Shown: piece after piece, positions 37,135 to 46,933 of the stretch
Layout: every line of letters begins with the position of its first letter
Numbering within the stretch: the first letter of the stretch is position 1
NCBI GenBank assembly: GCA_964588985.1
Contig: CAZPQW010000003.1
Coordinates: forward strand, 96,001-160,000
Reading direction: 5' to 3'
Source of the DNA: an uncultured Solirubrobacteraceae bacterium
GTDB taxonomy: Bacteria; Actinomycetota; Thermoleophilia; Solirubrobacterales; Solirubrobacteraceae
Length of the DNA: 64,000 nt
Made by a program: the position numbers and the translations under genes
Notes under the pieces: generated by a model
Databases searched by the model: none
Seen by the model: only the letters and a program-made list of their open reading frames with translations
Told to the model about the DNA's origin: nothing

Positions 37135-37926
37135 ATGAAGATCTCCGGCTCCACCATCCTGCTCACCGGCGCCACCGGCGGCATCGGCCACGCGATCGCG
37201 CGCGCGCTCCACACGGGCGGCGCCAAGCTGATCCTCACCGGCCGGCGCACCGACGTGCTCGAGCCGCTCGCCGCGGAGCTGCAGGCGCAAGCCCTCGCGG
37301 TGGACCTCACAGACAGGGCCGACCTCGAGCGGCTGCTCGAGCAGGCGGGCGACGTCGACATCCTGGTCGCCAACGCCGCTCTGCCAGCCGCCGGACGCCT
37401 CGACACGTTCTCCACGACGGAGATCGAGCGGGCGCTCACGGTCAATCTCACCGCGCCGATCCTCATGGCGCACACACTCGCGCCGAAGATGGCGGCGCGC
37501 GGCGCGGGCCACCTGCTGTTCGTCAACTCGCTCTCCGGCAAGACCGCCACCGCTGGCACCTCGCTCTACAACGCCTCCAAGTTCGGGCTGCGCGGCTTCG
37601 CCGCCGCCCTGCGCGCGGAGCTCGTCGACAGCGGCGTCGGCGTCTCCTCCGTCTTCCCCGGCTTCATTCGCGACGCGGGCATGTTCGCGGACGCGAACGT
37701 GAAGCTCCCCCGGGGCGTCGGCACGAGCTCGCCCGAGGACGTCGCGCGGGCGGTGGTGAGCGCGATCGAGCGCAACCGCCGCGAGGTCGACGTGGCGCCG
37801 GCGATGATGCGAGCGAGCACCGTGTTCAGCAACCTCACCCCCGAACTCGCACTCAAAGTCGCCCGCATGGCCGGCTCAGACGAGATCACGAAGGCGATGG
37901 ACGTCGGGCAGCGCGACAAGCGCTGA
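37135..37926 (+). CDS. SDR-family oxidoreductase
   Basis: TGATGGIG, NAA, YNASK. Confidence 0.92.
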   Translation: MKISGSTILLTGATGGIGHAIARALHTGGAKLILTGRRTDVLEPLAAELQAQALAVDLTDRADLERLLEQAGDVDILVANAALPAAGRLDTFSTTEIERALTVNLTAPILMAHTLAPKMAARGAGHLLFVNSLSGKTATAGTSLYNASKFGLRGFAAALRAELVDSGVGVSSVFPGFIRDAGMFADANVKLPRGVGTSSPEDVARAVVSAIERNRREVDVAPAMMRASTVFSNLTPELALKVARMAGSDEITKAMDVGQRDKR

Positions 37927-37944
37927 GCTTTGCCGTAGGGCCTC

Positions 37945-37973
37945 CTTACACAGCCCCTACACGGCTCTACACC
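37945..37973 (+). promoter_or_regulatory. Helically phased TACAC direct repeats (OmpR/PhoB-type site candidate)
   Basis: TACAC at 37947, 37958, 37968 upstream of a secreted protein. Confidence 0.4.
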
Positions 37974-38049
37974 TCCGCTTAGGGCGCGCGCGCACGATGG
38001 ATGGCAGCACATGACATCCGTCCCCCAGAACCCCAGGAGGTCACACCCC

Positions 38050-38403
38050 ATGCGCATCTCGAAGATGCTCGGCGCGACGATGGTCGCCGGAGCGCTCGCC
38101 ACGGGCGGCGCGGCCGCCGGCATCGCCGGAGCGTCCGCCGCCACGAGCACGACCAGCACCACACCCACGACCGGGTCGAGCACGCAGTCGACCGCTCCCA
38201 CGACCTCCGCCCCCACGACCACGACGCCCGCACCCGGTACGCCGGCGCCCGGCCAGCCCGGCCAGAAATCGGGATCGACATCGAAAGTTCCCTGCCCGAA
38301 CATGGGCTCCGGAAGCAAGAACGGCTCCCATCCCGGCCCTCCGTCGGGCTCCAACTCGGGCGCCGCATACGGCGGACCTGGCCCGGGCGTGAGCGCTCAG
38401 TAG
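38050..38403 (+). CDS. Small secreted Thr/Pro-rich protein with CPNM motif
   Basis: RBS AGGAGG, signal peptide, low-complexity body. Confidence 0.8.
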   Translation: MRISKMLGATMVAGALATGGAAAGIAGASAATSTTSTTPTTGSSTQSTAPTTSAPTTTTPAPGTPAPGQPGQKSGSTSKVPCPNMGSGSKNGSHPGPPSGSNSGAAYGGPGPGVSAQ

Positions 38404-38650
38404 TACCCCGGCGCCGCAGACGAAGAGACGCACGGATCGTGCGCGGGGTTGCAAGTGCGCTTGCACTCCCGCGCACGCGCGTCCATTCGGATTTAGACCG
38501 CAATTTCCCCTGATTTTCCGGGACTTTGCGGCCGCGCGTCCGAGCTACCTTCGACCCAGTCGAACACGGGTTGTTTCTCTCTCGACAACGTACGTCCAGG
38601 TGGGTTGTACGCGGTTATCGATCCCCTGTAGGGGGCCGAGCGAGTACCCC

Positions 38651-39748
38651 ATGGAAGCAGCCACCCAACCGCATGCGGAGCGCAAGACGTCGCAGACGTC
38701 ATGGCTGTGTCGCGACGACTTCGACCGTGACCGGATGCTCGACATGGAGGAGCGGGTACGCCCCGTCCGGCGCAGGACCTTTGCGATCCTCGCGATCTCG
38801 ATCACCGCGGTGTCGCCGTGGACCGGTTGGTGGCCGCTGCTGTTCCTGATTCCCGCGTCGGCTTTCTTCAGCGCCGCGGACATCTTCATGCCCCGGGTGA
38901 GCCGCCCGGAGTTCCTGATGTTCGCTGCCTGGATCGGCAGCGAGCTGGCGATCGCCGGCGCCGTGTCGCTCGAGGGGGGGCCTCGCGTCGCCGCGCTTTC
39001 GTGGCTAGCCATCCCGGTGATCACGCTCAGTTCGCGCTTCTCAATGCGCGGCGTGGTCGCCGGGGTGGTCATAGCGCTCGCGCTCGTGCCCGCGGTGGCG
39101 TTCGGAGTGGACGCGAGCTACGTGATCGAAGACCCCGAGCGGGTGATCACGCCGCTCGCGCTGATCCTGTCCGTCGCCGTTCTCTCCACGCCGCTGATGC
39201 GCTCCGACATCCAGCACCGCAGCGACGCCGTCATCGACCAGCTCACCGGGATGCTCAACCGCAAGGCGCTCGGCGTGCGCGTGCACGAGCTCGCGCAGCA
39301 GTCGGAGGTCACGGGCGAGTCAGTCGGGGTGATCGTGGCGGACCTCGATCACTTCAAGTCGGTCAACGACACATACGGCCACACGGTCGGCGACGCGGTG
39401 CTCAAGGAGGTCGCCTACCTCCTGCGCAAGCAGCTGCGCGCGTTCGACCTCGCATACAGGCTCGGCGGCGAGGAGTTCCTGATCCTCGTCCCCGGCTCCG
39501 ACCTCGACCACGCGGCGGAGCTCGCCGAGCGCCTGCGCGAAGCGGTGAGCGCGGAGCGCGTCGGCGGCGGAGTGATGGCGACGATGAGCGTCGGGGTGGC
39601 GTGCTCGCCGCACAGCGGGCGCTTCGACTACTCCGAGGTGTTCGCTCGAGCCGATGCGGCGCTGTACCACGCGAAGGATCTCGGGCGCGACCGGGTGTGT
39701 GTGGATGGGCGCGCCGAGGTGGAGGCGCGCGAGCCGGCGCTCGTGTGA
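38651..39748 (+). CDS. Membrane diguanylate cyclase (GGDEF)
   Basis: TM helices, DQLTG, DLDHFK.VND..GH..GD, RAFD I-site, RLGGEEF. Confidence 0.93.
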   Translation: MEAATQPHAERKTSQTSWLCRDDFDRDRMLDMEERVRPVRRRTFAILAISITAVSPWTGWWPLLFLIPASAFFSAADIFMPRVSRPEFLMFAAWIGSELAIAGAVSLEGGPRVAALSWLAIPVITLSSRFSMRGVVAGVVIALALVPAVAFGVDASYVIEDPERVITPLALILSVAVLSTPLMRSDIQHRSDAVIDQLTGMLNRKALGVRVHELAQQSEVTGESVGVIVADLDHFKSVNDTYGHTVGDAVLKEVAYLLRKQLRAFDLAYRLGGEEFLILVPGSDLDHAAELAERLREAVSAERVGGGVMATMSVGVACSPHSGRFDYSEVFARADAALYHAKDLGRDRVCVDGRAEVEAREPALV

Positions 39749-40008
39749 CCTGGCCCGACCGCCCCGCGGAAGCGATCACCACGCCCACTTGACAAACAAC
39801 CCGACTATCAGCTCGAGCTTGCCGATTCGCGGCGTTGGCGATGATCGCTCGAACCCGCTTTTCGTCCGTTGCGGCACCTCGGAGTCCCTGATCCGGATGT
39901 TCGCTCGTCGCGCGTAAAGCGGGAGCGGGACAGCGAACACGTACTCGCCCGCAGCGGTCGGGTAGCAGTGCCGAGACCAAGAGGAGTGCGCTGGTGTACC
40001 ATGCGCGG

Positions 40009-40338
40009 ATGAGCGGCCCAAATTCCGATATCCAGGAGTTGGCCGAACTCGGACAGCGGGCGATCGGTGCGATAACTGATGGAGGCGGACAAGCCGAGAT
40101 GCAGGCCTTCTTTGACCACGCTGAGCGTGTTCCGCGGGACGAACCAAACGACCCCGTACGACAAGAGGCACTCAGCCAGGTCGATTCGCTTGAAGCTGAG
40201 GCAACGCGCATTCTGTCGACGTTGACGCGCAGCGACCGCATCGCGGCGGATGAGCTGGCGCACTTCCGCGCGGGTGTTGAGGACATCGCGATCGCGAGCC
40301 TCCGCGACAGCTTGCCGCCCCCTGAGGACATCACTTAG
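40009..40338 (+). CDS. Hypothetical helical protein
   Basis: TACCAT 6 nt before ATG; amphipathic helices. Confidence 0.55.
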   Translation: MSGPNSDIQELAELGQRAIGAITDGGGQAEMQAFFDHAERVPRDEPNDPVRQEALSQVDSLEAEATRILSTLTRSDRIAADELAHFRAGVEDIAIASLRDSLPPPEDIT

Positions 40339-40385
40339 ACAGAGTTGTTCACTCCGGTGCCGTCGCTGTGACGACGCCGTACTAC

Positions 40386-40865
40386 CTAGGCCGGGTGTTG
40401 AGATCTCAAGAGGAGAGTCATGGTCCGTGATATCGGAGCACTCAGCTCAGGGTTGTAGCCGGCCTGAGTGCCCTGCACATCCGTCGACCCGCTGCTGCAG
40501 TTTGGGCCCGCCCGTCCGGATTGCTCATGGTGGCCGTGGTAGAAGCCGTACCCGTATCCACACTGCCATCCAGAGGGCGACCTGCCCGGCGAACCCTGCG
40601 TGGGCTTCCCGTGCGTGAGGACGTACTCGATCACCCGCCGAGCGGTGGTGCATCGAACGTGTCCCTGGAGCACCGCGACGCTGAAAGACGTCCCGAGCCC
40701 CCGCACCCGACCACAGACCTGTTTCGGAACCACAGCGGCTTTACCGACTGCCCAGCCGGCTTGCCCGCTCACTGCGCCGACCGCCGCCAGACACGCGAGC
40801 GACACCACGGCGATCACCAGAAGGAGCCGGTGAGGTCGCCGCGACATGACAAGGATCCCGCTCAT
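40386..40865 (-). CDS. Secreted 4-Cys small protein (unrelated to the paralog family)
   Basis: ATGA overlap with upstream gene, signal peptide, C...VRC..AR...GWQC...C. Confidence 0.7.
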   Translation of the reverse strand: MSGILVMSRRPHRLLLVIAVVSLACLAAVGAVSGQAGWAVGKAAVVPKQVCGRVRGLGTSFSVAVLQGHVRCTTARRVIEYVLTHGKPTQGSPGRSPSGWQCGYGYGFYHGHHEQSGRAGPNCSSGSTDVQGTQAGYNPELSAPISRTMTLLLRSQHPA

Positions 40866-41983
40866 CCGCGCCTGTAGATCAGCGCCTGATCGGACTGGCT
40901 CACACTCGAGAGGCAAACCGCCTCTTGTGTGCAGGAGAAGAAGTTCATGGCCACGCCCGCCGGGGGCTGGGCGATGGCTTGGAGGCGGACGCCATCGAAG
41001 TACTTGAAGCTGGACGCCGGGCCCAAGGTCGAGACGGTACAGAACGTCGATGAGCCGCACGCCCCAGGGCTCACGTCTATTATTGGGGGGACTCCGTTCG
41101 CGCGCGCAAAGCCGCTCCCGCGATCTATCAGCACAACGCCCGCCAGCTGGCCTGCTCCGATACACAGAGGACCCGTCGCGCAAGCGATGCTGTTCATCGT
41201 GTCATCGCTGCCTTGGTAGTCGGACACTGAAACGTGCGCTGGCGCCGTCCATGAGACACCATTGAAGGTAAAGATCTCCCCTTCGTTCCCCACGATGTGA
41301 CAGTAGGCTTGGGAAGCGCACGCAACCTCAATCAACAATTGGCCTTTGCTTTCGAACGCGGTGCTCATCCAAGCACCGGCTGTGTATCGGAGCACGGATG
41401 CTTCTCCCTGCGCTCCGTCTTGACCGATCGCAAGGCAGTCGCCGTCGGCTGGACACGCGAGGTAGTCAGGGCCGCTACTGATTCCCGTGGGCATGGGCAG
41501 CCTCTGTTCTCGACTCCAACCTGCACCGTTCCATGTGAAGTACGTTTCGGCTCGTGTCATGGCCATGCAGAAGCGAGCCGACGAGCAAGACAGCTCATAC
41601 GAGTCGACCTCGGCCTGCGGAGCTCCAAGCAGCCCGGCTGTCGCAAACTGGCGACCGTCGAATGTCGCCGAGCGGTGGCCTGCGATCACCATGCAGAACG
41701 GCCCCTGGGTACACGAGATCGCCGTGATTTCCCGGGCAGTCGCGTCGCCCGTAGCTCCCAAGGCCTTTTCGATATCCACCGTAGTCCAACCTGCCGCCGC
41801 ACCCGGCTCCCCGGTTGTCCGCACTGCCGCGGCGGATCGAGAAGCAGCACCCCGCGAGCCACCACAGCCACCCACAGTGAGGATCGCCGCCAACGCCACG
41901 AGCGCCAGGCGCAGCCAGCGCGTCGCCACCTTGCTTGTCGTCACCAGCAACCGCGCCACGGGAATCCTTGAGGCGATCGTCAT
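40862..41983 (-). CDS. Lipoprotein with disulfide-rich beta-propeller repeats
   Basis: VGGC lipobox; repeated ISC.....C.......F(D/N)G..W units. Confidence 0.8.
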   Translation of the reverse strand: MTIASRIPVARLLVTTSKVATRWLRLALVALAAILTVGGCGGSRGAASRSAAAVRTTGEPGAAAGWTTVDIEKALGATGDATAREITAISCTQGPFCMVIAGHRSATFDGRQFATAGLLGAPQAEVDSYELSCSSARFCMAMTRAETYFTWNGAGWSREQRLPMPTGISSGPDYLACPADGDCLAIGQDGAQGEASVLRYTAGAWMSTAFESKGQLLIEVACASQAYCHIVGNEGEIFTFNGVSWTAPAHVSVSDYQGSDDTMNSIACATGPLCIGAGQLAGVVLIDRGSGFARANGVPPIIDVSPGACGSSTFCTVSTLGPASSFKYFDGVRLQAIAQPPAGVAMNFFSCTQEAVCLSSVSQSDQALIYRRG

Positions 41984-42678
41984 GGCTGTTCGCCGTCCGC
42001 GACCTTGTGGGCCTGTTCGGGCGTAGCGACGTCCGCAAGCGTCTTGGTTGCGGCTACGTCGGACTGCGCCGCTTCCTTGCAGCCCGTATCCAGCCAGCTA
42101 TGGAGAAAGCTCTGTGCGTTCCCGACGGTCACTTCGTAGTGGCCGTGACCTTCCGGAGTTTCGCCAACGGCGCGGGCGGCGTAGTCTCCTCGCACTTCGA
42201 TACCGGCCGCGTTCCAGTCTGCACACGTGGAGTCCGAAGTGAGCCGCGCCGACTGCGGCTTTGACACCTGGGAAGACGGTGCGGATTGAGCTGACGCTGA
42301 CGACCCGTGCCCGAAGTACTGGCCGACGGTCAGATTCCGGTCAGAGCCGCAGGCCGCGTCCACGCTCAAGCCATACATGGGATTGCCGGGGTCGCTGACG
42401 CCAGGTATTTCGCTGGAGATGCGTACCGCTGCGTCGTGGCGCGCTTCTTCAGATTGTTCGAGGTACACCTCGCAGGACGTGCTCGCTGTGATCTTGTTGC
42501 TGGCGCAGCCGCACATCAGCGCTGCGCCCAGCACCGTGACCAGCCCGGCCGCCGCGACGGATCGCCTTGTCAGCCGTGCACGCCGCGTCACGTTGGTGCC
42601 CGCATTGTTGTCATGAGCCGCGCCAGTCGGTGCCAGCATGGATTCGCGAAGTCCGAGGGACGTAGAACGCATATCCAA
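41980..42678 (-). CDS. Lipoprotein with two tandem Cys-pair helical repeats (start uncertain)
   Basis: LMCGC; ITASTSCEVY..R / LTSDSTCADW..R repeats. Confidence 0.7.
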   Translation of the reverse strand: MDMRSTSLGLRESMLAPTGAAHDNNAGTNVTRRARLTRRSVAAAGLVTVLGAALMCGCASNKITASTSCEVYLEQSEEARHDAAVRISSEIPGVSDPGNPMYGLSVDAACGSDRNLTVGQYFGHGSSASAQSAPSSQVSKPQSARLTSDSTCADWNAAGIEVRGDYAARAVGETPEGHGHYEVTVGNAQSFLHSWLDTGCKEAAQSDVAATKTLADVATPEQAHKVADGEQP

Positions 42679-42682
42679 GAGA

Positions 42683-44137
42683 TCAGGGCGTAAGCCGCTG
42701 GACTAGCTTGAAGGCGTGTTCTTCATTCAGTTCTTCAATGCCGTTAGGCAGAACGGACTGGCACTGCGGCCCGGAACTCGTGTAGGAGATCTGCTTTCCA
42801 GTGTGCAGGTTAAGCGTCGCGTATTGTCCGTTGATGAACATAAGGGTCTCGCTGCTTGAGACTCCGCAGACCGGTCCAGCCTCTTTTTCTTCGTTCGGTA
42901 GTTCCTTGAGTGACCACAGATGCTGGGCCGACCGGTCATCGAGTGCTATGAGGGCTTTGCCGCCGCTCGGTTCTTCTGCATATAGGAGGAGTACCCCGCC
43001 TCCGTCAGCGACGAGCTCCGGCGGAGTACCGCGGGCAGCTTGGTAAGGAGCGCGCCATTTCCACACGAGGTGCATGCTCGGAAGCGCATATGCGGCGACA
43101 CTCGCCTGACTCTCTTCGGGCGTTTCGGCCAAGATCACGCGACTGCCGTCACTAGATATAGCTGCCGGATCGCCCGGGAAATAGCCCGGTGACGCGAGGG
43201 GCACCATCTGATGTGAGACATCGTCAACGAAATGACGGCTACGTGTGACCGAGAAGCTTCCCAGTGACGCCCCGGTCGCCGGACTAGTTACATGTACAGC
43301 CGAGACCGGCTGGTCAGGGGGCGAATCGACCACGTAGCTACCAATAGTGCCGAGCAGCTGCTTGTCATGGCGAATAGCTCCGTCGGTGAGGTTGATGACC
43401 TCCCCGCCGGTCGCCTGACAGCTATTGCACGCGCCGTAGGGCACTTCCAGACTCCAAACTCCCCAGCGCGCGTCCGTGGTCGCCCCAAATGACGTCGGGG
43501 AAAGATTGGCGTACGGGTTACATCCAATCCCCTCGGTGCCGGGCGACACGACGTTGGCGCTCCAGACGTGCGCTCCGCTGGAAGCGTTCCACGCATCCAG
43601 GGTGGCTGAGTGGAGTTCCGGGTGAATTCCTTCGGCGGGCTTTGACGCTATGTGCTCGGTGAGGATGATGCGTCCGACACTGGGGACCGCCAAGTCAAGG
43701 GCCCCGCACGTCGTCGTCATAGCGTCAGACTGGATTTCCGCGAGCTGCTGCCCGGCTGGTCCGAATGTGATCACGCCGGTCGATGATTGGGGAGAGGAGG
43801 CGCCAAAGTAGCCCACGATCGCGAATCCCGCAGAAGGGTACGGCGATCCCGAAGTGCTGGTGATCGCCTTATCTGTCTCGTCGCCTTCCCTGGCAAGCAA
43901 CATAGTGCCGGCAGCCGGCGGACTGGGGCTCGACTGCGTCGACGACGGCATGGGTTCAGCGATCGATCTGACCGACGCCGTGCTCCTCGTAGAGCTGGTC
44001 ACATGAGGCTCGCCACTCGAAGACGACGAGCCACCCGACCCACAGCCCGAAAGGGCGAGCGCGGACGCAGCGGCGCCCAGCAAACCACGGCCTATCGAAC
44101 ATCGTCTGCCCACTCCCACCCCTCCCTGTCGAGGCAT
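42683..44137 (-). CDS. Lipoprotein with PQQ-like beta-propeller
   Basis: LALSGC lipobox; AWNASSGAHVWS, ALDDRSAQHLWS repeats. Confidence 0.75.
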   Translation of the reverse strand: MPRQGGVGVGRRCSIGRGLLGAAASALALSGCGSGGSSSSSGEPHVTSSTRSTASVRSIAEPMPSSTQSSPSPPAAGTMLLAREGDETDKAITSTSGSPYPSAGFAIVGYFGASSPQSSTGVITFGPAGQQLAEIQSDAMTTTCGALDLAVPSVGRIILTEHIASKPAEGIHPELHSATLDAWNASSGAHVWSANVVSPGTEGIGCNPYANLSPTSFGATTDARWGVWSLEVPYGACNSCQATGGEVINLTDGAIRHDKQLLGTIGSYVVDSPPDQPVSAVHVTSPATGASLGSFSVTRSRHFVDDVSHQMVPLASPGYFPGDPAAISSDGSRVILAETPEESQASVAAYALPSMHLVWKWRAPYQAARGTPPELVADGGGVLLLYAEEPSGGKALIALDDRSAQHLWSLKELPNEEKEAGPVCGVSSSETLMFINGQYATLNLHTGKQISYTSSGPQCQSVLPNGIEELNEEHAFKLVQRLTP

Positions 44138-44389
44138 CGGAGCATAGCGGCAACCGCAATCTGGCTGTTGGCCTACTTCGACGGACTTGATCTTCCTCTC
44201 GAATCGAGCTAGGCGTGTGTCCAGTCCCGAGTCAGAACACTCGCTGCAGCAAGGACGGGTGATGCCCATAGCCACCGTGTCCTAGCCGCGCGGAGTGCGG
44301 AGCCTCGGTTGAGGCGATCACAACGGCAACGTCTGTGCCGGGCGTCGTTGTGCGGTTAGGCTTCGCTGACCATCGCGTCTGAGCCCTCC

Positions 44390-45778
44390 GTGTTGATCAT
44401 CTCTCAAGCTCAGGCCGCAGAGATTAAGACGCTGCTGCCAGCCGTTGACGCGCCCCGGCGGGCGGATCAGCATATGGCTCGCGCCCGGCTGCGGAGTATC
44501 GGGTATCCGCTCTCCGCCGCGCCGACCGTAACCGACTATCAGGCGTTTGTCGCCTGCGGAGAGATCCGCGTCGATGGAACCGGGCGCGCGCGGATCGTTC
44601 GGCAGACGTCGACGCGGGTGTTCAAGGTCTCGGTCGGAGTCAGCGGCTTTCCCGTTGACCCGACGTGGTGGGCGTTTGATCAGCGCTATCAGTGGCTTGG
44701 CCGGCAGCCCCACCAGGTCGGCTCCGGTGATCATCTGTTTGCGATGGCGGTCGACCGTTGGCGCAGCGCCGTGGTAGGTCTGTACGAAGCCGTGTCACCT
44801 GGTGCTCAGGCTCTCCCTGGTTCTCCCGATCCGAAGCGCTGGCCGTTCGCGTTGGGCGTGCGGCCGCTAGCGGCGATCCTGCCTCCGGATGCCGAACGGG
44901 TCCCCGGGCTTTATGGGCCGCAGAACCCAATACCGGAGCACGTCAACAACCCGGACCATCAGACGGCGCTCTACGCGGCCGTGAGCAACAGCCCCCCTGC
45001 CCCATCTCCCACCACTGTCGAGGCTCGAATCCAGGAGGTGCAGTGGCGCGACTTGGGTGACGACGTCCTTCAGGCTGTCTACGAGCTCGGCAGCGAGGCG
45101 CGATTTGGCGAGGTGCTGGAACGGGCGATCGCGATCGGCCGATGGACCCCGGAGGAGCTCGGCGTGCTGGCCTGGTACACCAGCGCCAATGCCGAGCCTT
45201 CTCACATCCGCACAGTCGTGCGGCAGGCGATCGGCTTTGAGGAGAGCTTGACTCGGCGGATCCACCGCGACTACAGCAGCGGCCCGTACCGGATCGTCGG
45301 TGACTATGCGCTGGTCGGCAGCGGGTTCGGCTCCACGTATCGGCCAGCCAGCGGACACGAAGCGACACAGCCGGACGACGCAGTGCTCAAGATTGACCTC
45401 GCGGCACTTGAGGCGGCGACCGAACGACACATGAAGCTGCAGGACGACCTGGCTGAGGCATTGGAGGCACGGGGGATCGACCCTCGGTCGCCATCCGGCT
45501 CCCAGCCGTTCTTTGACCTCGCCTTCGAGCACGACGGCCTCCGCTACGTGGTCGAGGTCAAGAGCGGCAACCCGGCAAGCCAGCAGCAGGTCCGCTATGG
45601 CGTCGGTCAGGTCTTGGAGTATGCCCACCTGCTCAGCAGCGCGGACGCTTCGGTGATTCCGGTGATCCTGATCGAGAGCGTCCCGCCGATGCCATGGGTG
45701 GATCTGGCGGGGCAGCTCGGCGTCCGGGTGCTTGTCGCGGCTGAGCTTGATTCCGCGTTGGACACATTGCTTCAGTAA
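44390..45778 (+). CDS. Putative modification-dependent restriction nuclease (EVE/PUA-like + wHTH + PD-(D/E)XK)
   Basis: GDHLF..VVGLYE..RWPF EVE-like region; Mrr-N-like helix region; FDLAF..VVEVKS..QVRYGVGQVLEY. Confidence 0.7.
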   Translation: MLIISQAQAAEIKTLLPAVDAPRRADQHMARARLRSIGYPLSAAPTVTDYQAFVACGEIRVDGTGRARIVRQTSTRVFKVSVGVSGFPVDPTWWAFDQRYQWLGRQPHQVGSGDHLFAMAVDRWRSAVVGLYEAVSPGAQALPGSPDPKRWPFALGVRPLAAILPPDAERVPGLYGPQNPIPEHVNNPDHQTALYAAVSNSPPAPSPTTVEARIQEVQWRDLGDDVLQAVYELGSEARFGEVLERAIAIGRWTPEELGVLAWYTSANAEPSHIRTVVRQAIGFEESLTRRIHRDYSSGPYRIVGDYALVGSGFGSTYRPASGHEATQPDDAVLKIDLAALEAATERHMKLQDDLAEALEARGIDPRSPSGSQPFFDLAFEHDGLRYVVEVKSGNPASQQQVRYGVGQVLEYAHLLSSADASVIPVILIESVPPMPWVDLAGQLGVRVLVAAELDSALDTLLQ

Positions 45779-45833
45779 ACGGTGTGTCCGGCTGCGGCGC
45801 TCTGCGTAACTGTCTGACCGATCCCTCCCGTAG

Positions 45834-45969
45834 CTTTCCGACCGCGCCGTCCTCAGGCGTGTCTCCCCATCAACGTCTGGCCCACGCTTGGACGCTGAGG
45901 AGCAAGGGCCCAAGGCTCGGGGAAGGTTCACCCATTCCGTGATCGTGAGCGTGGGACGCGATCGGAAAG
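45834..45969 (+). ncRNA. Candidate structured cis-regulatory leader RNA
   Basis: Four complementary segment pairs, one occluding the RBS of 45979; see findings. Confidence 0.55.
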
Positions 45970-45978
45970 GTGGGCTGT

Positions 45979-46431
45979 ATGACTGAGTACTCCGGTCTTA
46001 AGCGCCAGGTCAGGGCGCGGATGGCGATCACTGGCGAGCCGTACTCGGTGGCTCGGCGAGCTATCCAGAACGCGGAAGTGGCCGTGTCTCAGCAGGAATT
46101 GAAGCGGCTGATCGCCGACATCCAGGAGTTTCTGGCCGGGCGCGGCCGCGTGATGGTGCCCCACGACTTCACGGTCGAGTCGGTCAAGGACGACACGGCG
46201 GTGGTGCGGATGCCAGTGATCTGGAAGCCCCGGAAGGACATGATCATCGCGCTTGCGAGCGACACGCCGGCCGCCAAGAACGTGGATGAGCTGCGCAGCC
46301 TGTTCGAGCGCGGGCTGGGCTCCGGCGAGTATCTGCCCAACGCCAGGCTCGCGGATTGGGACGCCGTCATCGAGGACGGGCCGCGGCCCGGCAAGCTCGA
46401 TTGGACGGTTCGGGTCCGCGTCAGCGCCTAG
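45979..46431 (+). CDS. Hypothetical protein with N-terminal KRQVRARMAITGEPYSVARR module
   Basis: RBS GAAAGG; basic helical N-terminus of a kind seen in actinobacterial proteins with variable C-termini. Confidence 0.75.
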   Translation: MTEYSGLKRQVRARMAITGEPYSVARRAIQNAEVAVSQQELKRLIADIQEFLAGRGRVMVPHDFTVESVKDDTAVVRMPVIWKPRKDMIIALASDTPAAKNVDELRSLFERGLGSGEYLPNARLADWDAVIEDGPRPGKLDWTVRVRVSA

Positions 46432-46933
46432 CCACCGAGGTTGAGCGAGTGCGGGCGGCCAGCGCCGCCCGCACTCGTCCCGCAGTCGAACGTCCGCTCG
46501 GCCCGGTTGTTGGCGTGGGTGCGGGCGTCCTCTTCAGCCACGTTCCACGCAACTGGCGGCGGGGAGCGCCCTCAACGGTGTGGGCGCGCCATGCATTGCA
46601 GGATCGTCGCTGAGGTCAACTCGCTGTATGCCTGCGAGACACGAGAGCAGGGCGGTAATCGATCGCCGGTGCCTTCCCTCCTCCTCCTCGCCAATTGCAG
46701 GACTGCGGCGCCTGCTTCGCCCCGGCGAAGCGGAAGCCAGCGTCGGCACCGACGGCGTCGCTGCTTTGGACGAGTTGCAGTCGTCCTGGCGTCCACTCTG
46801 CAGACGCTCGCTTATGCTGGAGAAAGTGGCGTGCTACCCCGGCCCGCACCGCCCGTATGTTCGAACTGGGTTAGTGGTCGCACGTGGGGAAGACACGCGT
46901 GGCGACCTGCGTGGGTCCGTTAGGGTTGGCGGG

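Noticed and set aside
298-45929. Identical 14-mer CTCGGGGAAGGTTC at 298-311 and 45916-45929
   Set aside because: 14-bp matches are expected by chance in 64 kb of GC-rich DNA; flanks do not align
39934-46864. Degenerate LexA-like sites CGAAC-ACGT-ACTCG (39934) and CGCCC-GTAT-GTTCG (~46850)
   Set aside because: Two mismatches in a core half-site each; too weak to call
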